Below are positions 28,201 through 40,165 of a stretch of DNA of 64,000 nucleotides, one piece after another. Source of the stretch: Chrysomallon squamiferum (lineage: Eukaryota > Animalia > Mollusca); assembly GCA_012295275.1 (NCBI GenBank), contig CM022671.1, forward strand, positions 496,001 to 560,000, read 5' to 3'. The stretch's first letter is position 1. Each line of letters starts with the position of its first letter. The notes under the pieces are model-generated. The model had not been told where the DNA came from and did no database searches. It was given only the letters and a program-made list of their open reading frames with translations. A program made the position numbers and the translations under genes.

Positions 28201-31200
28201 TTTTTTACTTTTCTGACATTTTGATAGTGTCAGTCGAAAATTTTACATCAAAAATTTTACAACTAAATAAGATCAGTAAAAAAGATTTGGCTATACAGCT
28301 ATAGAAACATTTATTATTATCTTCAAACACAGTCTGACAACATTCATTATCTTTTACATGGTAATATATTTCAGTACCTCTTTACCAAAGTACTTGTACT
28401 ATTACTTGTATTATCTCTTAATAATGATTTTAAATTTTATTACTATGAAGAAGTTTCAATAATGTGAATTGTTTGTAGTACCAAAAAAAACCAGTTTTTG
28501 AAATATCCTATTAGTAACAGAATTCAAAAACGTTTCTGTCAAAATGCACTGAAAGTAAAATTAATATTACTCTTCAAATGAGATCCTGAAAACATGTGCA
28601 CATGGTGGATATTTCGCTCATCTTAATAACCACTGATGGCTTTTCCTTTGTAATAAAGTCCTTTTCATCTTTAAACTTATGACTTACTACTACGCAATAT
28701 TTAAAATCTCATTTTTGTCAATAATAAATGCAGCATTTTTTTGTTTGTAAATTGGAAAGAAAATACAGATATACTTACGTTTCTAGGAATTTTTGAAATA
28801 TATGGCCTCTTAATGAGTTACATATTTCTTCTATGTATGGCTGAAAAAATAAAATAAAATAAAAATAAAAACTGACTTTTTAAATAATCATAAATGACTT
28901 ATACATCAAACAATATATATATATATATAAAAATGTAATTGCATTTGGTATTTCTTCATCAAATATCACCAAATTCAATAAAAAATGTAATTGCATTTAT
29001 ATCTTACTGTTTTGAGGGTTTTATTTATTTATTTATTTATTTTTATTTTTAATTTTATTTTTATTTTTATTCATATATTTATTTATTTTATTTATTTTTA
29101 TTTTTTTCAATTCAGAAAGTAATTTCCTTTTTGAAAATGACTTGGAGAAAAAAGGTTTGCTATACTAAATATATCCAGATTCTTTCTGAAGCATTATCAG
29201 TATGCCATCAAGCATTAATATGCTGTTAGCATGCGTTTGTCTTGCAGACTGTGATTGATGATCACAGGTTTTTCTTATTTGTTTTTCTTTTAACTAGATG
29301 TTAGCAAATCAAAAATTAATGTACTTTGAATACAAAATAATAATGATCTCTCTATGGATTATTTCCCTTGATTTCTGTACCCTTTTTTCCTGACTGTTGT
29401 ATGAAAGATCATGACAGATATTTTCATTTTTTTAATGGAAGGAATAACTAAAAAATTCTTACTTTTCAATGGAGAAATGCCAAGTGACATTTAAAATAAT
29501 TATTTAAAAAAAAAAAAAAAAAATTTTGACAACTAAATTACATTAATATTGAAAACACTTTTTATTATCTTTTTTAAATCTGTGTAAAAGAATATATGAA
29601 TAAGTTAATGTCTACATACATTTAGAGATAAATATCTGACTTACTTAACAGTTTTGCATATATTAAGATATTTGCACATTTAATAAAAATAAAAAAAATG
29701 TATTACCGAAATTTATTTGCAATGGTGATTCTTGTATTTTTATACTATTACTAATAGATTAAAATAAAATAAAATATGAAATTCTGAATGATCTTTAAAA
29801 ACTGTACAATTAAACATTTATATTTTTTAATATCTGATCAGAACCTAATATTTAAGTATACTGAATTTGAATTTCAAAAATGTAAAATGGTCATGTTTGA
29901 GAATGATAATGGACAGCTTCTGCAGATGTGTTGAGCCAAGTACGAACAAGTTTCCCAATCACCAGCAGTTCATGTATTGTATTACTAACACAATTTTCCT
30001 TAATGAATGTGTTATATTAATGGATAATTTAGTACTTTTGTTGGAGAAAGCTGATTGATTCAATGGGATTTTCTTTATTTTTATATGTGTGTGGGACGTA
30101 TGTTTTGTTTAAATTAAAATAATAATAATAATAATAATAATAATGATAATAATGATAATAATGATAACAATAATAATAATTTCACTAATGTATGTAAAAA
30201 AAGGCATTTTCTTTATCAACAGAAAATGCCAAATTATTACGTTCAAGTTTCCAATGATGCATATAAATACTGTGTATTATTTTTTATTTATATTATAAAA
30301 GTATTATATCTATATTATAAGACATTAACTTTGTTTTCATGCCATTATATACTTCATTTAAGGCAGATAAGAGCTCATACTTCCTCACATGATTATCATG
30401 AACTATCTACAGAAGTTAATCCTGTGATTGTAACATCACTTAGATCTTGACGTCTGTACTGAAAACCTATCTGTGTGTTTCAGTCAAAATACAGTTCTTT
30501 TAACCTTTTTTTTTTTTTTTTTTTTTTTTTTAGATATTCATCACTCACAGGAGAGCAATGTAAACTGAAAGAGCTGGAATGTGTGCAGGTAATGAGATTT
30601 AACACTCTGGTGTCATGTGAGATGTAAGGTGGCAGCTTCTGAGATTGATGCATTCAATTAAATCTCCTGGTACCACGGAATTGTCCAGACTCTGGTAAGA
30701 GTGACTACTGAAAATTTAATAACCTTTCTTCTCGGAACTGAGACTCAGCTTGTCGCGTTTTGTTCAGACACAAAGTCACTCAAAAATCTGCACAAATTAC
30801 TATAAGCTTCATGCTTACCAGTAGCAAAGATAATTGTATTTGATGAGCCGGGTGCTGGAAATAAATTATTGATCAGCATATATGATGCTGGTCTGGAGGT
30901 CTGTGCAGAGGCTGAACTAAACAAAAAGGTCAGTTCATAGCACATTAGCTTGATGGTGTCTTTGATGATACACAAATCTCTCTGGTGCTAGATGTGTTTG
31001 ATAAAAGTACAATAAACTATCATGGTTTTGCTGTCTGTGATCTGTCATAATAAAAGTGGGACTAGATTTTACAAAGACATGCTGACAGCTTGTTGCTGTT
31101 TAATCTGTTAAGTCGAAAAGCTACGAAATGTCTAAAGGAATGAACATCTGAAGGAAATTACTAATAAATAATCAAGTATAAGTGAAATGTTAAAAGAATT

Positions 31201-34200
31201 TAAAATTTTAATAAATTAGATAATTTGTCAAGATTTACAATCATAAGGATTTATATTTTAATCTTCAGGTTTGTTACATACATAAAAAAAATAATAAAAA
31301 TATTTTATACAATTTTGTAAACTGCAGGGCTATAGCAATTCTTTTCTTTTTATATATATTGTTTAAGTTTATTTTTATAATGGTATCAGATACTGGAAAA
31401 GCAATAAACAAATTGTATTACAAGGATTAATACATATGTGACAAAAACTTAATACTCTTTGCTCTGCTGAGTAACTGTGTTACTTGTATAAAACATTGCT
31501 AAACATTTATCATGTAATCAATACAGTGATTAATTACATAAATACATAAATCGAGAACAAGAAAATAAAAAAAAGTTATACCTAAAAATAATAATTAACA
31601 AAAAAGAACAAAAAACAATCATATAAATGTGATAAAAAAATTTCATTAATATAGTGAAAAATTAAAAATCTTTGAGTAATAAAATAGTGAAAAGAAAATT
31701 AAAAAAAAAAAAGTATTTATTGCATTTTTGTGGATTGTTTATATTCATGAAAAAAATGAACAATAAATATACTTAATAATAATACAAAGAGAAATTATAA
31801 ATCCCTACAATACGTAGCAAGATAGAAAAAATATTTAAAAAATAATTAAATACAATACAAACCTCAAAGATATGTGGTGATAGCTGTCTAGTTTTCTGTG
31901 CTTGTGTGAGAGCCTCCTGCACATGTTCAACTGCAACCTTGGAATAGGTCTGTTAAATAACAACAACAACAACAATAACAGCAGTAGTATAACAGTAAAG
32001 TTGGTAGTGGTGATGGTAGTAATATCAGTAGTATAGTGATAATACTAACAGCAGCAATAGTAGTTGTAGTAGCAATGTAAACAGTAGTTGCATTAGTATC
32101 AGTAGCAGTAGTATAACACTAATAGTACAACTGGAATAGCAGTAGTATAGTGATAATACTAACACTAGCAGCAGTAGTATCAGTGTAGTAGCAGTATTAG
32201 TAATAGTAGCTGCAGTAGCAGCAGTGGTACTAGTAGTAAGTTGTCAAATTATAATCATTATAAATTATATAAGGGTAGTATCATATAGGCAACAGCAGAA
32301 ACAGTAAAAGTTGCAATTTTAGCTGAAGTCATAATATATAATGTTATAGCAGCAGCAGCAGCAACTATAGGAGTAATAGTTGTTGATGTAGTCAATGTTT
32401 CAGTGGTACATGTATGAACATCAGCAGAACAGCAGATAGTCATAATAAATGATGCTGTTGTTGAAATGGTCAAATACAGCTGTACAATTAGTATAGTAGA
32501 AGTAACAGTACAAGTAGAAGGTAGAAGAAAAGGTAAGAAGTTACCAGTTGAAGACATTTTGAAAAAAAGATTAATGAAAAATAACACATAATTTTAATAA
32601 TGTTTAAATAAAATATATAGTTATATATATAAATATAGATGCAATAAATGAAGTTTGTTAAAGAGTACTATCATTTGGCAAAAATAAAAAAATCATGTAA
32701 GATACAATCAGAAATATCAATATTTATTTTTATTATTTGATTTTTCTTTAAAATGAGCCAGTGATGCAGAATTCCTTTTCACTTTGTATCCTCTGGGTGT
32801 GGGTCTGTGTGTGTGTTGGTGTGTGTGTGTGTGTGTGTGTGGGTGTGTGTGTTGGAGTGTGTGTGTTGGAGTGTGTGTGTTGGGGTGTGTGTTTGTGTGG
32901 GTGTATGTGTTGGTGTGTGTGTGTGTGGGTGTGGGTGTGTGCATGCACACACACCTGTTTGGCTTTCATTTATTATATAACCTGAATAATATATTTAAAA
33001 AGGAATCATGCACAATAAATTTACAATTAACTGCCTGATTACTGGTTTCTGTAAAAATAATATATTTTGTAAATAATAAATTAATTTGGCTGTGTCATAC
33101 ATGTATCACACAATCAGCATCTCAATACCTTGTTATAAATATTGTATAAGTGTAAAACTGCATTACATTCAGTTAACAAAGAACAATATTTTGCATTCTT
33201 TTATATTATTATTCCTGTCAAAAGCATATGTAATATGACTATTAATATTACTGAAATATCTGTCACAGATGGTTATACATTATGTACAACAGAATGTATT
33301 GGTAGTTAAAACAATATTTGAAAAAGAAAAAAGTAAAGGAAAAAACAACAAATTAAAAAAATAAATAACAAAAAATAATTAAATAAAAAACTAATCAATC
33401 AAACAATAATAATAATAATAATAAATAATAATAATATATATATATATATATATTTAAAGCTGAAACATAAATACTGTCAGTTATAATCAGTCCACATTTT
33501 TTTTTTTTTTTAAATCTTTTATTTGGTTCTGAAATCCACTAGACTTATAATTAATAATGTATTAATTCGGTTGCAGATGAAACATTTCTGCAAACATACT
33601 GACGTTTGATCATTCTAATCTTGGTTAGAAGCCAGTGGTTAAAATCTCAGTTTGGTCAACTTGACACGGTGGAATTTATAATATTTTTGGCATCAGAAAT
33701 GAGATAATTTATTGCGTAATAAAAAGTTGCTATGTTAATTCTTGAACAGAAACTGGCTGAGTATTTCATTGGTTTTCTCTGCTAGTGTTTTATGTTGTTT
33801 CATTTCATTTCATTTCGTTTCATTTCATTTTGATGGATTTTATTTTATTATAACTGAGAGAGGTTGGTTTGTTTGGTTTTGTTTGGTTTTGTGAGATTTT
33901 GTAGAGTATTGTTGTTATTTGGAGGGATTTTGTTTTGTTTTTTGTTTTTTCATTGTTTTTGCTCTTTACCATATAAATCATGTTTTTAAGGTAGAAGATA
34001 AAGGTGAAATTTACTCAAAAACAGCAATGATAAATTATAATTCAAAAATTAATTTTAATTCTTACACTATAAGATTTTAAAATTATTGTGTACATTTTCA
34101 ACAAAACAATTAAAATTTCAAAAAGATGAAGAAAAAAGCTAAATTGCTGTTATAAACATAATCTACTGCTGAAAAAGCATTCACAAAACAGAGTAATGGT

Positions 34201-34747
34201 AAGTTCATGTAGTAAACCTGGACATAAACTAAAGACTAACTACAAGTAAACTGAGCTGAAAATAGCAACTCATAAATGAATACGAAGTTGTTGTTTATCT
34301 GGTTTAAATTTTCTCTTCTTTATCTTTTCTTTTCTCTCTTTCCTTTCTTTCTATTAATTTTTCTTTGTCTGTAAGGAGAAAATTTATAGATTTTTGTCCA
34401 ACAATTAATACTTTGTGTACAACCCAGAGAATAACCTAGAGACATTCTGTATACTTCCAAATGACTTTTATTTCATTTCCTTTGTACATACCTTTGCTAA
34501 TAATAAAACATAATAATGAAATATGATTATTTATTTATTCCTTTATTTGATATGAGAAATAATAAAAATGATGAAGCATGCCGAGTGTATTTAGGATATT
34601 TCAGAGTTTAAATAAGATTTGCTTCATTCAAAAGTTTCTACTCACGTGTGACTGAGACAGAAGTTCCTTCATAATAAACTGATCATAAATTTCTTTGCCT
34701 AGCTTGATTCTTTCTTCATCAGTCTCTAACTTTTCAAACCTCTTAGA
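29..34747 (-). CDS. GRK2: GRK2/GRK3-like G protein-coupled receptor kinase, partial spliced CDS: join(complement 34646-34747, 31863-31949, 28779-28840, 26818-26869, 26129-26220, 24342-24441, 6827-7039, 6329-6423, 4386-4493, 2817-2883, 29-129)
   Basis: Eleven exons with compatible phases give one open frame containing [27 protein letters not shown], the GRK-type DLG motif and GTHGYMAPE, plus RH-domain sequence (IMKELL, RFCQWKN). Nine exon lengths (102, 62, 52, 92, 100, 95, 108, 67, 101) equal the vertebrate GRK2 exon sizes as I recall them. The symbol denotes the GRK2/3 subfamily. Confidence 0.97.
2817..2883 (-). CDS. GRK2: GRK2-like exon 14 equivalent
   Basis: cag|G CAC...ATG|gtaagt, 67 bp; [22 protein letters not shown]. 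Confidence 0.97.
3872..4023 (+). mobile_element. Decayed tRNA-derived SINE-like element
   Basis: A-box-like TAGCTAAGTGG (3880-3890) and B-box-like GGATCGATCC (3924-3933) at tRNA-like spacing; the head motif recurs elsewhere in the window; no intact cloverleaf. Confidence 0.6.
4386..4493 (-). CDS. GRK2: GRK2-like exon 13 equivalent (APE motif, helix F)
   Basis: cag|T GGA...AAA GG|gtaat, 108 bp; [35 protein letters not shown](G). Confidence 0.97.
4745..4845 (+). repeat. Compound microsatellite (TG)n-(GATA)n-(GA)n
   Basis: Read directly; the GA run is about 75 bp. Confidence 0.95.
6329..6423 (-). CDS. GRK2: GRK2-like exon 12 equivalent (DLG motif, activation loop)
   Basis: cag|CCA...AGT GT|gtgagt, 95 bp; [31 protein letters not shown](V). 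Confidence 0.97.
6827..7039 (-). CDS. GRK2: GRK2-like exon spanning vertebrate exons 10+11 (hinge to catalytic loop)
   Basis: cag|GAG...AAG|gtgagc, 213 bp; [71 protein letters not shown]; overlaps ORF 6773..7021. Confidence 0.96.
7120..7225 (+). repeat. (AAT)n/(AAAT)n microsatellite
   Basis: Read directly; lies about 80 bp upstream of the exon 10/11 acceptor on the gene strand. Confidence 0.92.
7930..8610. repeat. Old, degenerate tandem repeat of roughly 70 bp
   Basis: A motif like gtctgtcagaatttttaacatattaat recurs with mismatches near 7945, 8065, 8137, 8220, 8294, 8373, 8427, 8497 and 8562. Confidence 0.6.
9311..9430 (+). repeat. poly(T) followed by a (TTA)n microsatellite
   Basis: Read directly. 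Confidence 0.95.
11001..11530. repeat. Minisatellite, 50-bp unit with 46-bp variants, about 10 copies
   Basis: Unit tcaaatacagtgtgacaatacacacatctttctttacagttctacagctg starts at 11001, 11051, 11101, 11151 and onward. Confidence 0.97.
15483..15530 (+). mobile_element. SINE head relic, same family as 3872
   Basis: gtgctgacctgagat-14 nt-gatcagtcc has the same layout as gtgctggcctgaggc-14 nt-gatcgatcc at 3896. Confidence 0.45.
21309..22760. repeat. Minisatellite, 24/25-bp monomer with 50- and 75-bp higher-order units; decayed flank to about 23070
   Basis: Monomer aaactaaaccagacattacatcagt; 50-bp period at 21311-21511 and 22153-22303; 75-bp period at 21586, 21661, 21736. Confidence 0.97.
24342..24441 (-). 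CDS. GRK2: GRK2-like exon 9 equivalent (catalytic Lys, helix C)
   Basis: aag|G TAT...GGG|gtaagt, 100 bp; [33 protein letters not shown]; overlaps ORF 24294..24485. Confidence 0.97.
25345..25830. repeat. Diverged tandem duplication of about 199 bp (two copies plus a partial third)
   Basis: gaaaactgaa..ggg..gtatattatt...catgtttta...cacatttta...cattgattttt...cccaaaat begins at 25482 and at 25681; a partial copy lies near 25345. Confidence 0.85.
26129..26220 (-). CDS. GRK2: GRK2-like exon 8 equivalent (Gly-rich loop)
   Basis: tag|TTA...AAA AT|gtgagt, 92 bp; [30 protein letters not shown](M). Confidence 0.97.
26330..26405 (+). mobile_element. Possible Tc1/mariner (pogo/Tigger-like) transposon terminal relic
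   Basis: catccttcaaccaaaatgcatgggaccagaaatgtgtcagatttc...cagattttgaaata resembles the Tigger4/MER46-type end as I recall it; no partner end was seen. Confidence 0.4.
26818..26869 (-). CDS. GRK2: GRK2-like exon 7 equivalent, followed by a GC donor
   Basis: cag|G GAC...AAT|gcaagt, 52 bp; [17 protein letters not shown]; overlaps ORF 26758..26982. Confidence 0.93.
28779..28840 (-). CDS. GRK2: GRK2-like exon 6 equivalent (RH domain)
   Basis: cag|CCA...GAA AC|gtaagt, 62 bp; [20 protein letters not shown](T). Confidence 0.95.
31863..31949 (-). CDS. GRK2: GRK2-like exon 5 equivalent (RH domain, 4 codons longer than vertebrate)
   Basis: cag|ACC...GAG|gtttgt, 87 bp, phase 0/0; [29 protein letters not shown] versus recalled human [25 protein letters not shown]. 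Confidence 0.9.
31958..32530 (+). repeat. Degenerate trinucleotide low-complexity tract (AAC/AGT/AGC)
   Basis: Runs of acaaca, agtagt and gcagca; explains the Thr/Ala-rich ORF 32258..32587. Confidence 0.85.
32795..32941 (+). repeat. Imperfect (GT)n microsatellite
   Basis: Read directly. Confidence 0.95.
34646..34747 (-). CDS. GRK2: GRK2-like exon 4 equivalent (RH domain, Gaq-binding helix)
   Basis: cag|TCT...CAC|gtgagt, 102 bp; [34 protein letters not shown]; overlaps ORF 34628..34855. Confidence 0.95.
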
Positions 34748-37405
34748 CTGAAAGAAAGAGAAACAGCACAATAAGAATAATGTAGTACTATAATACACCA
34801 AATTAAATGCTTGTTTATACACATGTACACACTCATACATACCAGAAACACACATCTATAAAACAAATCAAATTTCTTTCTTTTTGTATTTGCCTTCTAT
34901 GTTTCTTATTACAAATTAATTACAAGTTAACATTCTTATATCAAATTATCAGGTTTCTGCAGAAAAATCCTACTGATACAATAAAAGCAATGGGTCTGTT
35001 ATATATAACATACTTTCTGATCTTCAGTGTGTCATTATGAAACTAGATTCACTCTTTGGAAAAGCTCTTTTCACTGTAAGATGTATAATTTATATCAGAG
35101 TATCTCGGACAAAAATATAAAACAAAAAAAAAGAAGAAAAAGGCTCCACATAATTTGTACCAAAGTATCTGTCACATTATTATTTGAATTTTGTTTTTAA
35201 TTTTTTTATCCCCCTATATTTCTTTGATATAAGATTTCCTAAACTTTCCTTTATGGAAATTGTATCAGATAATAAATTAGATCAAGATAAAAAACACACA
35301 TTATGAACTTAGAAACATTAAGGAATGAAGTGTGTTCTGGTAACAAACTTGGATGCTCTTCTGTTTATTCAAAACTGACTGTAAATTCAAGCAATGAAAC
35401 TAAATGTTATTAAATAAGTAGGCACTGGAAATTTACCTAACAGAAATTCTTGTAGTTGTTGTTTCAAAACAATATTTAACAATACTCTAATCTGTGAAAT
35501 AGTAAGATGGTAGTTTTAGCATGTTTTATTATCCACAAAGATATTTCTAAATCCTCATAAAACCAGCAAAACAGAACAAAATATAATAATAATAAATATG
35601 TGATAAATAAAATAATAACTAAAATTATAATAAATAATTCAATAATTAAAATAAAATAAAACAAAATAAAATAAAATAATAAAGTAAAATAGTCTTTAAC
35701 AACAAACTAACAACTGACTGTGTAGCATACAATCAGTAATAAAACTGACATTAAAGTGTGTTAAACTGAGTTTATTCTTCTTTTACTTATTAAAATTATT
35801 TGTTTTTAACCTTTTTTTAATGGTGTATATGTAAATAACTGTCTTTAATTTCCTGAATTCTGTTATCTTCAACCTGCCCGTTTTTAACTGTATTTTGTCT
35901 TCTTTCTTACCCATTTTAAAATTATTTTTTTTAGAAATATTTGTTACATGTGATTTGATTTATATATATATATATATATATATTATTAGCAGCAGAAGTA
36001 GTATTTTCTTATTCCACACATAACAACAGTTGTATTTCAGACAATGAAGTGAATATAAATGTATTGAACTGGTGAACACAACTTTCAATCACCTGCTGAT
36101 GCTGGACACTGATGACAGCTCAAGATGCACTTAGCACATTTTACTCTTATAATTATCACAGCCAGCTTTACTTGCTACTCCAGGCAGCCAATCATCCAGC
36201 CAACCTGGAGGTAACAGGTCAAGCATTAAGAGATGTACAAGACATACAGAAGTGGTCTCCATTAAAACATTCTCCACCAGAACTCTGAACCAATGCCAAA
36301 AATTCATTTTTATCTCAGATTACATACAGGTAATGTTTTCTTCTGTTTGAAATACTACAGCAGCAAATTTAAAAATCCATAAAACAATTATACAGTTACA
36401 AATATATACACAAACATACATTGGTGTAATTTAAATAAATGTTTACGTGGGCACACACACACACACTTTCATATGCTCACACACAAAGCAATAAACACAT
36501 ATGCACACACATACATAATTATGAACAGAGACAAAATATGAACAATGATAAACACAGCATAGAAAACTTTAATTTCAACATTACAGACACACCATCAATC
36601 AGAACAGGCCCCAGTTCTTTACAGCTCAGCAGATATGATATAAAAAGATGAAAGTTGGCCCATTCCGGCACAGTAGCTGGCTTTTCAAACTGGCTCATTA
36701 TTGATCGGAAAAAAGGCCTGGGATAGAGTGCCATAATGTTGTTTCATCTGGGTCAAACTGGTGCAGCCACAACAGTGTCAAACAGTCCTTTTTGATTCTT
36801 TTTTTTAGTGTAAGTTTTGAAAAAATATAGGTAGTTGGAACATTAAGAGAGAGAGACAGACAGACAGACAACAAGATCTGGCTTTTATCCAAACAGTTTA
36901 TGCTGAACTTTGTAAGTGCAAGTAAAGAAGTGGTAAATTGAGTTATTAGACATACTCTAGCTTCATACACTTGTTTAGACAAAGACACAGTGACAAAAAA
37001 AAAGAAGTTGAACCATAAAATATAATCCAGAAGTGTGACAAGTTGTGTACTTTTCTCAAGTTTAAATAAAAAACTGACAAACTTGTATCAGCTGCTGTTG
37101 TTCTTTGACAAAAACATGCTGCTCAATGACTTTACTTTTGAAATTAACAAGTGATTCTAGAAAGAAGTTAAATTAACTGGCTTTTATCAGAGCTAATGAT
37201 TCAAAATTAACTAAATAACCTGAGAGCTAGACAGAAATGAAATGTATTTTTAAAAATCAGATGCAAAGAGATTGTTCATGCACAAACTTTTTATTATGCA
37301 TACACTCATGTATATGCACATAGACTCACATATTTCACACAAACTTTTAACTTCAATGTTAAGTATTTTGAAAATGATAATTTCAACTGCCATAATTACA
37401 AAACA

Positions 37406-37465
<60 letters not shown>
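37406..37465 (+). repeat. (AAT)n microsatellite
   Basis: Read directly. Similar tracts near 30120, 41652, 45386, 50591, 58212 and 60298. Confidence 0.95.
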
Positions 37466-37466
<1 letters not shown>

Positions 37467-38396
37467 TTTAAATATGTATCTTTATACTTGAATGTGTCTA
37501 AGGTAAAATAACAGTGATTATTAATCTTCACTTACTCAGTTACTGCGGCAACTGTTATCACATTTTAAAAGCTTATAAACAAACATTAATACAACAGTGT
37601 TTCCAAAAACCAATAATACCATTATCAGACTATGCTAAACATATTCTTCAATCTATAATTAAGCCTACTGCAAATGAACTATCAACAGACTTATTAAAAG
37701 GGCTTGAAACGATATTGCATATTTTATTTAAGCAAAACATAATGGCTGTATTGTGATTGGTTTTCCTGACAAGCTGCTATTACTCTCCCGAGTTTACTGG
37801 CCACCTGAGGGCTCTAGCTCGCTGTCCAAGGTAGGAAGCCATCCAACACAATTGTGATGGCCCTCCTCAGATGAGCTGTACTCCAATCAAACTGCAACAA
37901 AATCAATGCCAGTGTCTGGAAGCACAAAACCTCATGGCACAAGTGCTTTCCAGCTCAGGTCTGGTGAGAATATTTGCAGAGATTTGAGCTTTGATCTGAT
38001 CCTGCACACTGGCTCCAGCAGTTTATTACTCTAAAATAATACAGGCTGTCCAGTGCTTAATCTTCCAAGTAACCTACTAACCCCTGGGCAAAAGCAGGCA
38101 GCACGGCAAATAGCAGGACTGTTGTGTTATCTACCTAAGGACATTATTTCAATATTTAATGGATTGAGCTAGTACTGACTGGCAAATTTGACTAAGTGGT
38201 TTATTACTTGGACATGTAGATAAGCTGATCTGCTTTATTTCCTGGACTTTCCTGCAGCCTGGGTAGACAACTTACCTCAGGTGTAATGATTCATGAGATT
38301 AGATTTCTGGCTTTCTTTAATTGGATTGTTCGTTTCAACTAGCACTTCGGTTACATCAAAGTCTTTAGTATTATTTTGTATCTGGATACAAATCCA

Positions 38397-38408
38397 ACAC
38401 ACACACAA

Positions 38409-38484
<76 letters not shown>

Positions 38485-38566
38485 CAACAACACACAACAA
38501 CAACACACAACAACAACAACAACAACACACACACAACAACAACAACGACATACACAAACACACACA
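38397..38566 (+). repeat. Compound (CA)n/(CAA)n microsatellite
   Basis: Read directly; reads (UG)n/(UUG)n on the pre-mRNA. Confidence 0.95.
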
Positions 38567-40007
38567 AGCATTTTATATAAAGTTTATCATGAAATATAAG
38601 CAATCTGTAATATATGAAAAAAGTGAAGGATTCATTACGTTCAAGAAGCACAAAGTGCAGTTGGAAGACATGTTACCATGAAACAGACTCTTTATATGTT
38701 AATAAAATCTCGTTTTGATAATGTTATCAGGAATTAAATAGATACTGCTTGAAACCAACACTTAAAACAAACCAATGAAAGAAAGCCTTGTTATTAGAAT
38801 CTGAATATATATTTTTTTTAAATCTTAATTAAATATTTATTTAATTAGAAACTCCACAACCTTTGGTTGTTCCCCACTTTCTTTATGTTTATTTATTAAA
38901 ATATCAATCTTTTTATTCATTCACCTCCTGGATGATTTAATCAATCAAATGTTTGATGTCAAAAGTTTTAACACAAAACTAAAACACAACCCTGTATCAA
39001 ATAGCTGCATGCAGAAGTCAGTCACTAAAGATTCAATTTTCTACAACTAATCAAATAATCAAATGGGAAATTCAAGTCAACACAAGCAGTAATTTGTTTA
39101 AACCATCTCAGCATGTAAAGAAAACTGATCTTAAAAACCGTTTGATGTGAAGCAGCCATTTTCCAAACTGTGCCTTTTATCATTTTACTTAGCTATTGAT
39201 CTGCTGTTGCTAAATTAGAATAGACAAATAAAAATAAGTTTCAAACCGTGGAACAACATCAGATGGTTAAGTGTTGTGAAAAAAATAAAATAAATAAAAA
39301 TCAATTTATTTAGATTATGAAATTATACAGAGTGAACAACTGTTCAGTCTTAAGTTACATTTGTTACTCCAGTAAATCGAAATATATATATTTTTTTCTT
39401 CTATATCTTTATTTTATTTTATTTTCATTTATATAATAAGAAAATAAAGTTACAATATTTGTGTCACAAATATTTGGCAATTGTACTTAAGCAATCTTTT
39501 GCTTATATAAAAAAGCATGATTAAATGTTGAAGACGATATCTAGAAACATTACCTATAAAAATATATTTCTTCTTTTTCTTCTTTCTGTTACAAAACAAA
39601 GACAAATGATGATGGCTGAGGTCCAAATATAACACCTAAAAAAGTTTTTTTGATTTTTAAAAATGAAATTAAGATGATACGGGTCATAAATATTTAATTA
39701 CTTGACCTAGACAATTTAGTTTCTGGCAGGAGAGGTCAGAGAGAGTGAAAGGAACAGACACAATTCTTTAGCCCTAAGGTGTATTGTGAAAACAATTTCT
39801 CACAAGTTTGCTTACAGCCATTATATTTGACATTTTGATGCCAAAATCAATATATTATATTACACTGCATCTGTAAAGAGGAGCACAATTTGTCAGACTC
39901 AGGCAACCTTGAACCTTCCACCAGCGCATTTTGGTTACTATTTGTTCTCATAATTAATAATTTTCTGAAATAAGTAAGTAAGTAAATAATAATAAATAAA
40001 TAAACTA

Positions 40008-40165
40008 AAGTATTGGCCTGAGGCGTGCCAGGTCACTAGATCAATCTTTCTTAATGCACTAGTCTACTTCCCTTTCAGCCAGTGCTTGCTGACTAGTTTA
40101 CAGGTAGAAGACAATGTCTTTTCTCCTAGTGAGTAGATGCATGTGATCCCTTGTTGTTAATCAAG
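40008..40165 (+). mobile_element. Decayed SINE-like element, same family as 3872
   Basis: tggcctgaggc is identical to 3900-3910 and is followed 14 nt later by gatcaatc; a GC-richer body follows. Confidence 0.5.
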
